Of a DNA stretch of 64,000 nucleotides, positions 49,876 to 63,340 are shown in pieces. The DNA lies in NCBI RefSeq assembly GCF_964213995.1, contig NC_135811.1, positions 77,004,001-77,068,000 of the forward strand. Direction: 5' to 3'. Both the position numbers and the translations under genes were made by a program. Under the pieces are notes generated by a model. It saw only the letters and a program-made list of their open reading frames with translations. It was not told the origin of the DNA and did not search any database. Each line of letters opens with the position of its first letter. The stretch's first letter is position 1. This DNA comes from Mustelus asterias (Eukaryota).

Positions 49876-50203
49876 CAGTGGTTAGCACAGCTGCCTCACA
49901 GCTCCAGGGACCTGGGTTCGATTCCCGGCTTGGGTCACTGTCTGTGTGGAGTCTGCACATTCTCCCCATGTCTGCGTGGGTTTCCTCCGGCTGCTCCTCC
50001 CACAGTCTGAAAGACGAGCTGGTTAGGTGGATTGGCCATGCTAAATTGCCTCTTAGTGGCCCAAGGTGTGTAGGTTAGGGGGATCAGTGCGGTAAATGCA
50101 TGGGGTTACGGGGATAGGGTCTGGGTATAATGCTCTGTCGGAGGGTCGATGTAGACTCAATGGGTCGAATAGCCTCCTTCTGCACTGTAGGGATTCTATG
50201 ATA
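49876..50203 (+). mobile_element. HE1-like V-SINE
   Basis: head, V-domain, tail. Confidence 0.8.
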
Positions 50204-50289
50204 AACGCTGGGGTTCATTCATCAGTCTTTGATTTACAGGCAATTTTAAAAGAGGGTGTGGAGCAGAGAGATCTGGAGGATAATTGTGC

Positions 50290-50935
50290 ACAAACTGGTG
50301 GAGGCAGCAGATTACAAAAGTGGCAGAAAAGGTGTATGAGATTCTGGGCTTCATAAATAGAGGCACAGAGTACACAAGCAAGCAACGATGGACCTTTATA
50401 AAACACCGATCTAGTCTCAGATGGAATATTGTGCTCAATTCTGGACACTACACTTTACAGAGGTGGTTAAGGTTTTAGAAATTACTTAAAAGAATGATTC
50501 CAGGTATGTGGGCCTTCAATCTCCTGGATAGATTGGAGAAGCTGGGATTGCTGCCCCCACAGAAGAGAAGGTTGAAATGAGATTTGATCGAAGTGTTCAA
50601 ATTCATGAGGGGTCTGGGCAGAGTATATTGGAATTGTTCCCATTGGCTGAGGGGTTGAGCACTGAAGGAGATCGATGAAAGTTCCTTGGCAAGACAAGGA
50701 GCAACATTCTTCACATGGTGAGTGGTTGGGATCTGGAATGCACTGCCCGAGAGTGCGGTGGAGGCAGATCCAGTTGTGGTTTCCAAAAGGAAATCAGAGA
50801 AGCACCTGAAGAAGATACATTTGCAAACCCGCGAGGAAAGATGGGGGAAGTGGAATCAGCTGAAGTGAGCTGGCAGAGAGCTAGCACAGACACAATGGGC
50901 CAAATGGCTTCTCTCCGTGCTGTCACCATTCTATG
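50290..50935 (+). mobile_element. Old CR1 3' end
   Basis: ILGFINRGTEY and CR1-type 3' UTR. Confidence 0.7.
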
Positions 50936-51290
50936 ATGATGTCAGCCAGGAGTGAGCTGACCTTTCGGTACTCTGCTAACATTTGAGGCTGGAATATTTG
51001 TTCTCTGTAGCTAATGGCCCATTAGCACACGGGTACCTTTCACAAATGTGTATTTCTACATCAAAACCTCAAGCTGCTGACACGACAGAGGCATAAAATT
51101 GGAAACTTTTATATTCAAATCTCTACATACGAAGGCAGTCTCTCAAGAAACTCAACAATCTGGCCTCATTACCAAAAGCTTATTGAGAAATTACTTACAG
51201 TAGATTACTGGGAAGTTGCATAGGAGTTTTCTCCAATGGGGGATGAATCTGGACAATCAGTCAATGTAACAACAGGGGAAGGTCAGCACA

Positions 51291-51650
51291 GGAGGTGTCT
51301 AATGGTATTATCGCTAGACCATTAATCCAGAAACTGAGCTAATGTTCTGAGGACCTGGGTTCGAATCCTGCCACAGCAGATGGTGGAATTTGAATTCAAT
51401 AAAAAAAATCTGGAATTAAGAATCTATTGATGACCATGGAACAATTGTCGATTGTCGGAACAATCCATCTGTTCACTAATGTCCTTTAGGGAAAGAAATC
51501 TGATGTCCTTTTCTGGTCTGGCCTATGTGTGACTCCTGAGCTACAGCAATGTGGTTGACTCTCAACTGCCCTCGGGCAACTAGGGATGGGCAATAAATGC
51601 TGGCCAGCCAGCGATGCCCATGTCCCACAAATGAATAAAAGAAAAAATAA
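51291..51650 (+). mobile_element. tRNA-headed SINE family B
   Basis: colinear with the 60132 copy, ends in A-rich tail. Confidence 0.85.
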
Positions 51651-51975
51651 CATTCAGATGGGTGAGTAAGTGACATGCAGCCTTTGACCATTCAGACTGG
51701 CTAAGAGACAGTGTTTGAAATTGATAGCATCCCTGAATGCAATAATTTTGGATTCCTTCCTCCACTGGCTTTGCAGATGTGCAGAATACATTTATTTTAA
51801 ATAGGTTAATTAAGATAGCAAAGGAAGGAATATGAAGTGTTGCTGTGCTGGTCTCCCAGGGTGTCATTTCTGCGCCATACTCTCTGGGGAATAAAATCTT
51901 CGGAATGGAAAGTGACCAATTTCATTTGGTATGTGGTACGCTGCAGCCACACAGGCACAGGAAAATGATTCTTAC

Positions 51976-52206
51976 TTTTTCTTGGGTAACATCACTGATG
52001 TAAAGTAACTGTCCATCTTGGTCCTTCTCATAGGACCAGCCTGGGGGAGTATGCAGACCTATCGGTTGGTACAATGGCGAGTCCATTGGTGACTGGGGCT
52101 CACTCTGCTCATCCTGCGACCAAGGCGAAGACTGTCGCCCATGCCCCAAATATCCCGTCGGACTCCCCTCGATAAATTCTGGGTAATCTTCTTCTGGAGT
52201 GGGAGG
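51976..52206 (-). CDS. arhgap27: ARHGAP27-like coding exon (PPTPEEDYPE...TPPGWSYEKDQDGQLLYISDVTQEK)
   Basis: tttcag|CCT ... AAA|gtaaga; 231 nt, phase 0/0; PPTPExDYPE and TPPGWS motifs as recalled for ARHGAP27. Confidence 0.9.
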
Positions 52207-52318
52207 CTGAAAGGAAAATACCAAGAGGTGAACTTTCACCATCCAAACCCATAGTGTGGCTGCATAAAACACCTGCTTACCAACGGTTAGAGAAATAGCC
52301 ATAGTCTGAAACGATCAA

Positions 52319-52521
52319 GGCCAGAATTCTCTGGCCGTTCACGCCAGCGGGATTCTCTGCTCCAGCCAGCAGCACACCCCCGTCCACAGGATTCCCGCCA
52401 AGTGGGGCAACGCCAATGGGAATTCCCATTGAGGCAGGACCAGGGAATCCCGTCGCTAGCAAACAACGCGCCACTTCTATTCGGCGGGAAACACGCAGCT
52501 GGGAGGCCAGAGAACTCACCC
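52319..52521. mobile_element. GC-rich MITE
   Basis: ggccagaattctctggcc / ggccagagaactcaccc ends, caa on both flanks. Confidence 0.55.
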
Positions 52522-52741
52522 CAAATGTCACACATGGAATGATAGTTCTGGGGACTGGATTGGTTTATGGTGCTGGCTGTGCAGACATTTCCTGTTCAAA
52601 TCCCTGTTTATAATCAATCTATAAAGGATTAGTAAACATACATTTCCTGTTCTCTTCTCCTGAAGACAGTACCACCTTGTTGGGATATTATTCTGGAAAT
52701 ACTGACTAGATATGCATATCTCGAAATATGGACATATTTAT

Positions 52742-53084
52742 GGGATGGCACGGTAGCACAGTGGTTAGCACTGCTGCTTCACAGTTCCAGGGACCTGGGT
52801 TCGATTCCCGGCTTGGGTCACTGTCTGTGTGGAGTTTGCACATTCTCCTCGTGTCTGCGTGGGTTTCCTCCGGGTGCTCCAGTTTCCTCCCACAGTCCAA
52901 AGATGTGCGGGTTAGGTTGATTGGCCATGCTAAAATTGCCCCTTAGTGTCCTGAGATGCGTAGGTTAGAGGGATTAGCGGGTAAAATATGTAGGGATATG
53001 GGGGTAGGGCCTAGGTGGGATTGTGGTTGGTGCAGACTCGATGGGCCGAATGGCCTCTTTCTGCACTGTAGGGTTCTATGATTC
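52742..53084 (+). mobile_element. HE1-like V-SINE (near consensus)
   Basis: complete head, V-domain, tail. Confidence 0.9.
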
Positions 53085-54100
53085 TTCATATCCGCCATGC
53101 ATATCATCCTGCTGTGGCCAAATATCTTGGTATCATTCACGTTGCTCACACCGGCATCGCTCACACCGGCATCGTTCACCCTGGAGCCGATAAAGTATTG
53201 TTTGGCTGCTCCACCACGGAAGAGTCACAGACAACGCAACCATGTTCCACGCAAGTGTCACAATCAGGAAGATGGTTTTCTATTCCTCTCCCACTCTTGA
53301 GGGGAGTTGTGACGACATGAAGCATCTCGACTGCTTCCAGAACCAAGATCAGCTAACTCAGCTTAAGCAATGAATCAAACTTGATTTGTGTGATCTAGTG
53401 TGACACTGGCTGGTATTTTCTCAGGCACTGTGATTTTGGAGGATCTTTTCCTATCGCCCAGCAGTAGCTCATGCATGTGGTAGGTGCAAATATGTCTCAT
53501 AGGTGGCATAATCATGGGGAGGCTGACATTTCTCTCAATCTCAATGCCCTTGAAAAAATAAAGGGCCTTCATCTTGAATATTTGGTATTAAGTGAGAATG
53601 AATTTTCTTTCGAATCTGTCGAGTGGTAGTTGGAAACCAGAGTCAGGCGCTAGTATTTAGATAATTTTATGACAGATCACCAATAGACATGATCCTTTAT
53701 AAAACATTATCAATGTTGTGCTCCATCTGTTTCCAGCATGTTAAAACAGAGTTCATTAGGTCAATGTGTAGTAGACTTCAGACAAAATTAACAACTATTC
53801 TGGCCCTTTGTTCATGTTGCTTCTTAGGGTGTCAGATTTTGGGTTTGCCCTTTCATATCGATGGTTAAGTCTCTGTGCTTTGGAAATTACTTGCTGTGTA
53901 TGATCACCAATGGGACAACTAATCCAATATACATGGCCCTTTGACAACCGTGTGGCATCAACAGATGTGACAACAGTCTCTCAAATTCTAGCCAATAGCA
54001 TGCTATGTTTCCTATTGGTTGTGAGGCATTTGGGGGCAGAGAGATTATATAAAATATTATTTTGAAAACATTAGTTCTGAGTGTGGGTGTTGCCAGCAAG

Positions 54101-54415
54101 GTGCGGTGACACAATGGTTAGCACTGCTGTCTCACAGCGCCACGGACCCAGGTTCCATTCCTGCCTTGGGTCACTGTGTGTGCTGAGTGTGTACATTCTC
54201 CCCGTGTCTGCGTGGGTTTCCTCTAGGTGCTCCAGTTTCCTCCCACAGTTCAAAGATGTGTGGGTTAGATGGATTGGCCATGATAAAATTCCCCTTAGTG
54301 TCAGGGGGAACTAGCTAGGGTAAATGCATGGGGTTATGGGGATAGGGCTTGGGTGGGAGTGTTGTCGGTGCAGATTCGATGGGCCGAATGGCCTCTTTCT
54401 GCACTGTAGGATTCA
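54101..54415 (+). mobile_element. HE1-like V-SINE
   Basis: head, V-domain, tail. Confidence 0.85.
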
Positions 54416-56077
54416 ATGAAGGCCAGTAATTATTGTGTTTGCTGGAGATGGTGGTGATGAGGTTGCTTGAATGGTTATAATCCATGGTGAGGTTCCTACC
54501 ATGATGCTATTAGTGGGAGTTGGGGGTTCCAGGAATTTGACACAGTGAGAAAAGTAGGAATGGCAATGTTTGTCCGAGTCATTACCTTGAGGTAATGGTG
54601 CTCCCAAGCACCTGCTGCCCTTGTTCTTTTAGGCAATGGAGGCAGTGAGTTTGGGAGGTGCTGATGAGGAAACCTTGGTGAGCTGCTCCAGCCTCTCCTG
54701 TGGCTAGTGCAGTCACGGTGCACACTGAAGGTGAAGGGGTTAAATGTTTCAGCCCAACTTACAAAAGCAAGCCCATGCTTTCTTTCATTTCTTTGATATG
54801 TCTTGACCCTCACTTGGGATTCATTCCCTGTCCTTATTAACGGGTCAAATAATTGGAGAAATATCAAAGTCACTCAGCCTTTTTATATTCCAGTGTCTCT
54901 TGCCCACCTCAAAGAGAGACAAATTGCCTCAATTTCTTGATGGTTTGAGGGTTACCAATGTTAGTTTTCCGAATGAATGAGATATTTAAATCTTGGGGTG
55001 AACTGCAAAACAAAGCACACTAAATCTCACCACGCGTCAAATCGATTCCATTGCCTGAGCCATTACTACATTGAGCAAGAAAATGGAATTGAGTGGTTTA
55101 CTTTAGGATTTGAGCATTAAGAGGGAAGATACATTTTGATTAATTAGAAAATTGCTCCTTTTAACAGGAGAGAAAATGGTGGAAGAACAATGTAAATAGG
55201 CAGGGCGGGATTTTCCGGCCGTTCCTACCGGCAGAGGTGCAAACAATGGGAAACCCCACCGATAGCAATGGGATCTGAAGATCTCACTGCTGGCTAATGA
55301 AAGGCTGTGTCCACCATCGCAAAACACATTGTCCGGTTGGGTGGGGTTGGCGGGGGGACACAATGGCACAGAATCCCACCCATGGGCCGTTCACAGAGGT
55401 TCCCTCACAGCAAACCACAAAATCATGAAGAGAATCCATCAAGTCCATCCAAGCAAATGCAGTGAAAGATTCAACTAAAATGAGATGAGTCGGGAAGCTA
55501 TGCGGTTAAATAAGATGGAATCTTTTCTTTTAAGTTACAGGGCCATGGATTTATGAAGTAAGTTGGCAGCGAAGTTGTTGGTGTAAAAATAATTCAAGTC
55601 GAAACTGGCAGATTTAATAGATAGATCAGGAGTAAAGCATTTGTTGGGATGGTGTGCAGTTGGGGTTGCTGTGTGAAAAGGTGAGGCCTGTCAGCTGGAA
55701 TGGGTTTGGGGGTCAAAGTTTCTGTTTTTATTGAATAGTTTCCCGCTGTCATCACATTTACCAATATCCAACTCCCGGGTGTTTGTCCCATCTCCCAGTC
55801 CGTCAAAGCGGGCAGCAATCTATCTGACCAATCTGCTTTCTCAGCGTATGGCTTTGTCTGGCACGCAGGTAGATTTAAAGTCTGACCGACAATTTCAATG
55901 GGACGCACAGTATTTTCCATCCATTAAAACGAATAGGAGGAAGATGCTGTGGATCCTGCCGACCTTTGAACCCAAATTCTCAATCCTGTGCTCCCATTGG
56001 GTGAAATGTTATGCCAGAGGCACAAATTGGTGATGCATAGAAATGTACCCTGTAGCGAAACAGGGATGGTCACATAC

Positions 56078-56470
56078 CCTCTGATTATCCATCCAGTCTG
56101 TCGTCTCTTCCTCCTGTTGATCCGGTGGCTCCCACGTCGTCTCCCCAGTTACAGGATTGTAGTAATAGGGCTGACCACTAATTTCATCAAGATGCGATTC
56201 CCACCCGACAAAGGGGCTGTCCGTGCTTGAAGTGCGGGAATGTGGGGTTTGCGGCTCCTTGCTGTCTGGATTATCAAACGGAGAGTCCCAGGTTGTCTCT
56301 CCAGTCACAACGTTGTAGTAGAAGGGTTGTCCAGTTGCTTGATCAGTATGCGTTTCCCATTCTTCCAGCTGACTGGTCGAATCTGCGCCGAGACTTGATG
56401 GTTCCACTGCAATCTCCTGCCTCAGCTCTGTGACGTTCTGATACACCGCCTCCGATCGTTCTTTAAATTC
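56078..56470 (-). CDS. arhgap27: ARHGAP27-like coding exon (first in window), two tandem WW domains
   Basis: tttttgaag|GAA ... AGG|gtatgt; 393 nt, phase 0/0; encodes WETHTDQATGQPFYYNVVTGETTWDSP and WESHLDEISGQPYYYNPVTGETTWEPP, resembling ARHGAP27 WW1/WW2. Confidence 0.9.
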
Positions 56471-56549
56471 CTTCAAAAACATAAATAAATAAAACAAAAT
56501 GAGATTCCGCTAAATCTATTTAGAGACAAAGAGGAACAACTTGTACGGA

Positions 56550-56948
56550 GTGGCACGGTGGCACAGTGGTTAGCACTGCTGCCGCCAGGGACCCGGGTTT
56601 GATTCCGGTGACTGTCTGTGCGGAGTTTGCACGTTCTCCCCGTGTCTGCGCGGGTTTCCCCCGGGTGCTCCGGTTTCCTCCCAAAGTCCAAAGATGTGCA
56701 GGTTAGGTGGATTGGCCATGCTAAATTGCCCCTTAGTGTCCCAAGATGTGTAGGTTAGGGAGTTTGTGGGTAAATACTTGGGGTTAAGGGGAACAGATCT
56801 GGGTGACATTGCCCCTTAATGTCAGGGGATTACGTGGGGTTGCAAGGATAGGGCTCGGGTGGAATTGTTGTCGGCGCAGACTCGATGGGCCAAATGGCCT
56901 CCTTCTGCATTGTAGGGATTCTATGGATTCTATTTTATGGATTCTATG
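56550..56948 (+). mobile_element. HE1-like V-SINE with internal duplication
   Basis: ttgcccctta occurs twice (about 56726 and 56809). Confidence 0.8.
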
Positions 56949-57889
56949 CATTTCCACATCATCTTCCGTCACTTCAGGAGGTCCTGAACCGCATCACAAC
57001 TGACAAAGTAAACCTTTGGCTAAAGCCTATGCGAGTGATTAATATGAACGATACAATGTTATAATTTAATTTTAAAATGACAAGCCTGGGTTGACCTATG
57101 GTCAAAGCATCACAAAGCGTTTTATAGCCTATGGCTCACTTTTGAAAAAATAGGCACACCTGTTATGGCAACAGACAATCCACCAGATTCCACAAACAAC
57201 CAATGAATGAATGATGAGTTGATCTGTTTTATGTGCTGCTGGGTGAGGGAGGAATGTTGGCCAGGGCACCTTGACAACGGCCTTCTCTACTTGCATAACT
57301 TTTGCCTTCACACTCATTTGTGACTCATCTAAAAAAATCAGCATTGACTGACGAGATGCAAGTCCAAAACATACGGAAATGGGAGAAGACAAATGTAATC
57401 AGCAGGAATGGATAATATTTATACATCTGAACAAGGCCAGAGGAGAGACTTTGGAACCAACCATTAACACTTCCATGTAATCAGCATATAGAGGAATATC
57501 TAGAAGTGCATTAAGCACAAAAAGAGATCACAGGGTTCATATCCTTACAGCATTGTCATCAGCTATTCAGGTGAAGCTTGGTGTCACCATATGGGATGAT
57601 GGCAATGAGCTCGGAATAAAATCAGGAGTTTTCAACAGTTTGTCCTTTTTATTGGGGCAGAACCAACTTGTTCCACACCCATTTAGGACTGTGCAGCAGC
57701 ACCAACCAATGAGAACCAGAAACCTTTTCCATGCAACCTTTGAGGCGCCTGTTCTGTTCATTCACCACCGATGTTGGGACAGTTCAAATCAAGTAGTTTG
57801 CACACCAGGGCAGCATGAAATGAATCCTGCAGCAAATTCCCTTTTTTTTAAAAAGCATTAATAATTGCTCTCCCTTTCTTCTAATACTG

Positions 57890-58432
57890 GAGTTTTCTCA
57901 GCAGGCTAAGGAATTTGGCATGTCCACTACGATCCTCACCAATTTTTACAGATGCACCATAGAAAAGCATCCTTTCCAGTTACATCACAGCTTGATATGG
58001 CTCCTGCTCTGTCTAAGACTACAAAGGGGCGTGAACATAGCCCAGTCCATCATGCAAACCAGCCTCCCATCCATTGACTCCATTTACACTTCCCACTGCC
58101 TCAGGAAAGCAGCCAACATAATTAAGGACCCCACGCACAGCAGAGATTCTCTCTTCCACTTTCTTACATCGTGAAAAAGATACAGAAGTCTGAAAACACG
58201 TACCAACCCACTCAAAAACAGCTTCTTCCCTGCTGCCATCAGACTTTTGAATGGTCCAATCGCACATTAAGCTGATCTTTCTCCTCACACTATCTGTAAC
58301 TGTAGCACTATATTCTGAACCTTCTCTTTTCCTTCTCCTCTATGTACTCTATGAACGGTATGTTTTATCTGTATAACGCAAGAAACAGTACTTTTCACTG
58401 TATCCCAACACATGTGACAATAAATCAAACCA
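57890..58432 (+). mobile_element. Rex1/Babar-type LINE 3' end
   Basis: LTNFYRCTIE…CLRKAANIIKDPTH, ends tgtgacaataaatcaaac. Confidence 0.75.
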
Positions 58433-59079
58433 ATTGAAAATAGTCATCCAAACCCCACAACGGGAAAAGGAAAACAAATTCACAAATTTAAACACTTTTA
58501 AAATTAGAGTATTATTATTTTTCTTGCGCCTTTGTAATTCTCAAAAGGGGGAGAATTTCCCCTTTAACAATCCAAGCAGTATTGGAGAGCATTTTGGGAA
58601 AACTCCAAGCCTTGTGCTAAACGGGTGATCATTAACCAGGGGCCAGCGGGACTTGGGAGGTGATTTAATCAAATGTTTCAAGATATGTAGGGAAACAGAT
58701 AGAGGAGACAGGGAGAATCTGTGTCTGCTGGCTGGTGAGTACAAAAATAGGAAGTCATTCGTTTACAAATTAAGAGACAGATCTTTCAGCGATGATATTA
58801 GGAAACATTTCTACACTCAAGGAGTGGAACTCACTTCCGCAAGCGGCAATCGACACTTGATCAACAGCAAATTTTAAATTTGAGATTGACAGCTTTTTGT
58901 TATCCGAAGGTATGTGGGGTAAATGCAGTCATATGGAGTTAAGTCACAGATCAGCTGTATCTCAATAAATGTTGCAACAGGTTCGAGAGACAAACTCCTC
59001 CTGTCCTAATTCCTCAGAGTGCACTAACAATCACTTTGAAGCGTAATGACTATTACATAAATAAATACAGCAGTCATTT

Positions 59080-59401
59080 TCATAGAATAGAATCTTAGAA
59101 TCCCTATTGTACAGAAGGAGGCCATTTGGCCCATCGAGTCTGTACCAACCACAATCCTACCCAGCTCCTATTCCCGTAACCCCATATATTTGCACTGCTA
59201 ATCCCCCTGACACTAGGGTCAATTTGTCACGCCAAATTAGCCTAACCCCCACATCTTTGGGCCGTGGAAACAGGTGCACCCGGAGGAAACCCACGCAGAC
59301 ACGGGGGGAAAGTGCGAACTCCACACAGACAGTGACCCGAGGCCGGAATTGAACCCGGGTCCCTGGCGCTGTGAGGCAGCAGTGCTAACCACTGTGCCAC
59401 C
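59080..59401 (-). mobile_element. HE1-like V-SINE
   Basis: head, V-domain, tail. Confidence 0.85.
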
Positions 59402-60131
59402 AGTGGGACGAGCTGGTAAGATCACCCCCGTAGGTTTTAATCAATGTCATAAAGGGGAGCAAGGTGGAAAGGTGGAGGAGGATGTCACATACATGGCTGC
59501 ACTACTAACTTAAACCAACTAAATCATTTAACATTTATGCCCAGCAAGATCCCACAGTCACCAATGAGATGAAGGACTGGCTTTTATTGGTGTGTGAAGG
59601 GAAGGAAGTTGATTAAGACCACCAGGAGGATTTTGCCATCTTGAAATAGTGGGGCGGAATCATTAACATCAAGCTACTTAACACCAAACTGGCCAGTTAG
59701 CAACCCAAAGCAACCCTTATCCAGCAATCTCTACTGAGGAAGTGCAAATGTATGGGCAACTGGGCAGGACTAGGTTCAACCTCCGACAGTTGAATATCTA
59801 TCTAATCCTGTAATGAAGCAAGGGAATTATCAAAGCATCTTCTATCACTAGTATCCAGATGATTAAGCAAAAGCAGTCCAATTAACTCGCTGACGCCCAA
59901 TCCTCTTACATTGGAGTCCAAATATACCCAGAATGAATGAATGTCTTTACTTACAGATTAATTTAGGCCAAAACACTATCTTGAAGGATCAGCATTTGTA
60001 GAATACATTACAATGGTTCTAAGAAATGTTCCCCAATGCGTCATGTACAAATCATTATTTTGAAGTGGTGTCACTTTTATATTTAACTGAACATAGCAGC
60101 CATTTTGCATAAAGCAAGGCCCCACAATGTA

Positions 60132-60502
60132 GGGGAGGCAATGGCCCAGTGGTATTATCTATGAGATAGACTGTTAATCCAGAAACTCAGCTAATGTTCT
60201 GGGGACCCAGGTTCGAATCCCGCCACGGCAGATGGTGGAATTTGAATTCAATAAATAATATCTGGAATTTAGAATCTACTGATGACTATGAAACCATTAT
60301 CGATTGTCGGGAAAAACCCATCTGGTTCACTAATGTCCTTTAGGGAAAGAAATCTGCCGTCCTTACCGAGTCTGGCCTACATGTGACTCCAGAGCCACAG
60401 CAATGTGGTTGACTCTCAACTGCCCTTGGGCAACTAGGGATGGGCAATAAATGCTGGCCAGCCAGCGACGTTCATGTCCCAAGAATGAACACCAATAAAA
60501 AC
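60132..60502 (+). mobile_element. tRNA-headed SINE family B
   Basis: A-box tggcccagtgg, B-box ggttcgaatccc, conserved body and gggcaataaatgctggcc tail. Confidence 0.85.
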
Positions 60503-62998
60503 AATGGGCTGAGTGGCCAGTTAGATTTATTAGAGCATCAATGCAAATAAGTGAATCAAACTCACATCATGTGTCTTTCTAGTTCAGCAAGATGCAGAAC
60601 TTTGAGCTGTAACTTGTCAACTGTTCGGCAACACCTGGGATCATTAATATCTGATCACAGTAATTATTTTGGTGCCGGTTAGCCTGGGAAGCCCAGTGTG
60701 GCACTTCAGCACAGAATAATGAATGATCATTATAAATAACTTGGGGTTGGGTGGGAACAGCCAACAAGGAAATAAGATATTATATGTCAACCATTTCATT
60801 GCTGAAATGTGACACTCTGGTGGGAACAAGGGGTGGAGTTTCTTTGTCAATGTCATCTTGCATTTTAGAGCAGATTTAACTTGGTAAAACATCCCATGGT
60901 CCTTCACAAGCATATACTGATTTAAAACACTGAGCTAGTGAAGGAGGTGTGACCAAAAGCTAGGTCAAAAACATATGGCGAGATCTCACCAAAAAATTCT
61001 GAGTGCCGAATGAGCATGAAAACGGCAGAGAATTGTGCCAATTTTTTGGGTGAGCTCCGCGTTACAATTATACGACACTTCATTAAAACAAAGAACACAG
61101 ATACAATTCTCGCCAGTAGAGGGAGGGAGCAGAGCCTATTCTCACCAGGGCGCCATTGTACAGGCATCCCGATCTCCCAGTGCACTTTTCACCTTTCGCC
61201 CGATCTTACCAGCTCACCGTGCCGATTGACATTGGGACGAGCTGGTAAGATCACCCCCGTAGGTTTTGAGTGTCATGAAGGAGAGCATGGTGGAAGAGGA
61301 TGTCACATACATGGCTGCACCACTGACTTAAACCAATTAAATCATTTAACAACAAAATCAGGAGTTTGGTGGAATGAGAGGAGAACTCTGACCCATGAAA
61401 TATACATTGACCGACTGCTTAAAAGAAAATCATGTCGGTGCACAAGTCAAACCCTCTCCCTTCACTTTGAAGAGCTTAAAGTACAACCTACACTACCTTT
61501 ACAACAGTTAGCAGCTCTGACTTTTCTCAAGCCCCCAGCACCACCTCTTCTACCATTGTACATTTCAGTCCCACTCTTAGCCAATCTCTAGCCTCGAGGC
61601 TGCCAATTAGTGCCCAGCTGTGGGCTCATATCCTCTGGGCCTCAAATTGTCCAACCTTCTGTCACATTGCAACATGAAGAGAGAAGTGAGACTCATCCCA
61701 TCCATACCTGGTGCAGTTTAACCTAGATTCTGGATGTGAAACATTACAGACTCTCTCAAAATGCCGTCCAATTCCCACTGAGGCCACAGCTGCTCCCAAC
61801 TCCCTGGACTCTTACCAATGATCCAGGATGTCAACTACATTAAAGAAGATTAAAGCTGAAACCTTTTTGCCAATAATTTTCCCAGATTGCAAAACCACTT
61901 CAATTGAATAGAGAGAACTTCCTCTTAACTACTCCTCAATTTTATAGCCCTTCTCAAGGACAGTACAGCAGAGACGGTGGAGGTGAGGGGGATCAGTAAA
62001 ATAGGGCAACATGCCAATGGTGCCATTCCTAGCACCTACCTGCCCATCCCCAGCACCTGCCTGCCCATCCCCGCTACAATTTTACCAGTGGTGGGAGTGG
62101 CATCAGGCAGCTAGCTCGCTCATGGGTCAACTAAAGGTCAGTTAACGATCTCCTTCTGAGGTTGAAGCGACCTTACCTATGATAGGGGTGGTGGGCTCCA
62201 GATAGTTCTAGGCCTTGTGTGCCAATTGGAGGTCCCCTCCCAATGTATTCCCCCAACCCCCACTTTCTTCCTCCCCGGTTCACCCCGGCCCCACATCTTC
62301 CCACCAACTTGGCCCTGGCAACACCCTCCAGGCTTGCCTTGAAGTCTGGCTCCATCGCAGCACACTTCCCTCTGGGACTCACTGCAGTCCCAGCATTGAC
62401 CACCGCTCCTGGTGGCACTGTTGGAACCAGAGAGCAGTTCTCAGAGGGTGGGGTGGGAAGTCTTCCTCCCAAAGTGAGGCTGGGGTGGGGCAACGGGGGC
62501 AGGCAGAAGTCACACCTCAAGCTAATCAACGGCTCAGTGACTGTCAAATGGCTGCAAGGTGAGGCAGCCAAACTGAGGGGAGCTTACTTCTGACTTTTAT
62601 GCCGGGGGTGAGGGTGTCAGGACTTCACTCCCAGCGTAAAATTCAGCCCACTAAAAAACAGATTCATTAAGTCCTAAACTAAAGCATCAAGTTGTTACTT
62701 TGTCCATGCGAAACAGGCAGAACCTCTCAACCAACAAGGAATCAATTTATTATGTTGGCAAAGACATATTAAAACATACTGAAAAGCAATTAAGCTGGTT
62801 CAGATATAAAACATTTCACCAAGCCATACTTGGTAAATTAGCAGAGATCTGCAAAATATTTGCGGTCAACTAAGTGGGCGGCATTCTCTGCTCTTGTCCG
62901 TGGCGAGCGAGAACCGAAAATTTGGCGAATCAGCCAAAACTCCATTAAGCAACACCTGAAAATACCAGCCACAAATAAGGGTGGAGGATTTTGGCCAG

Positions 62999-63306
62999 TG
63001 TGGTGAACCATAGATGGTTACCACTATGGGTACTGAACCATAGATGGTTAGCACTATGGGTACTTGTACATATGTTGCTGTTGTCACTGTTGGGGTTAGG
63101 GTTGGGGTGTTCTACCTGTTGGTATTGTTCTGTGCTACACTCCGGTTGGCTCCGCCTACTTGTAGGAGTATAAAGGTCACTGCACTGCCTGGTGACCCTT
63201 TAGTCTGGGATTGTATTGTTATATAGTATGCTCCATTCTTGTTACTAATAAAAGCCTTTATTTCCCGGGTACGATTCAGCCTCCCGAGTGATTTAATCGC
63301 GCATCA
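62999..63306 (+). mobile_element. Solo LTR (308 bp)
   Basis: TG…CA ends, 5-bp TSD gccag (62994-62998, 63307-63311), TATAAA 63169-63174, AATAAA 63247-63252. Confidence 0.8.
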
Positions 63307-63340
63307 GCCAGTATCTTTATTACAACAGAATTTCACCAAA

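Noticed and set aside
52742-52815. tRNA genes at SINE heads
   Set aside because: A and B boxes are present but continue into SINE bodies with no complete cloverleaf
61010-61591. Longest ORF in the track (193 aa)
   Set aside because: Runs across a MITE and a duplicated segment; no motifs or splice support
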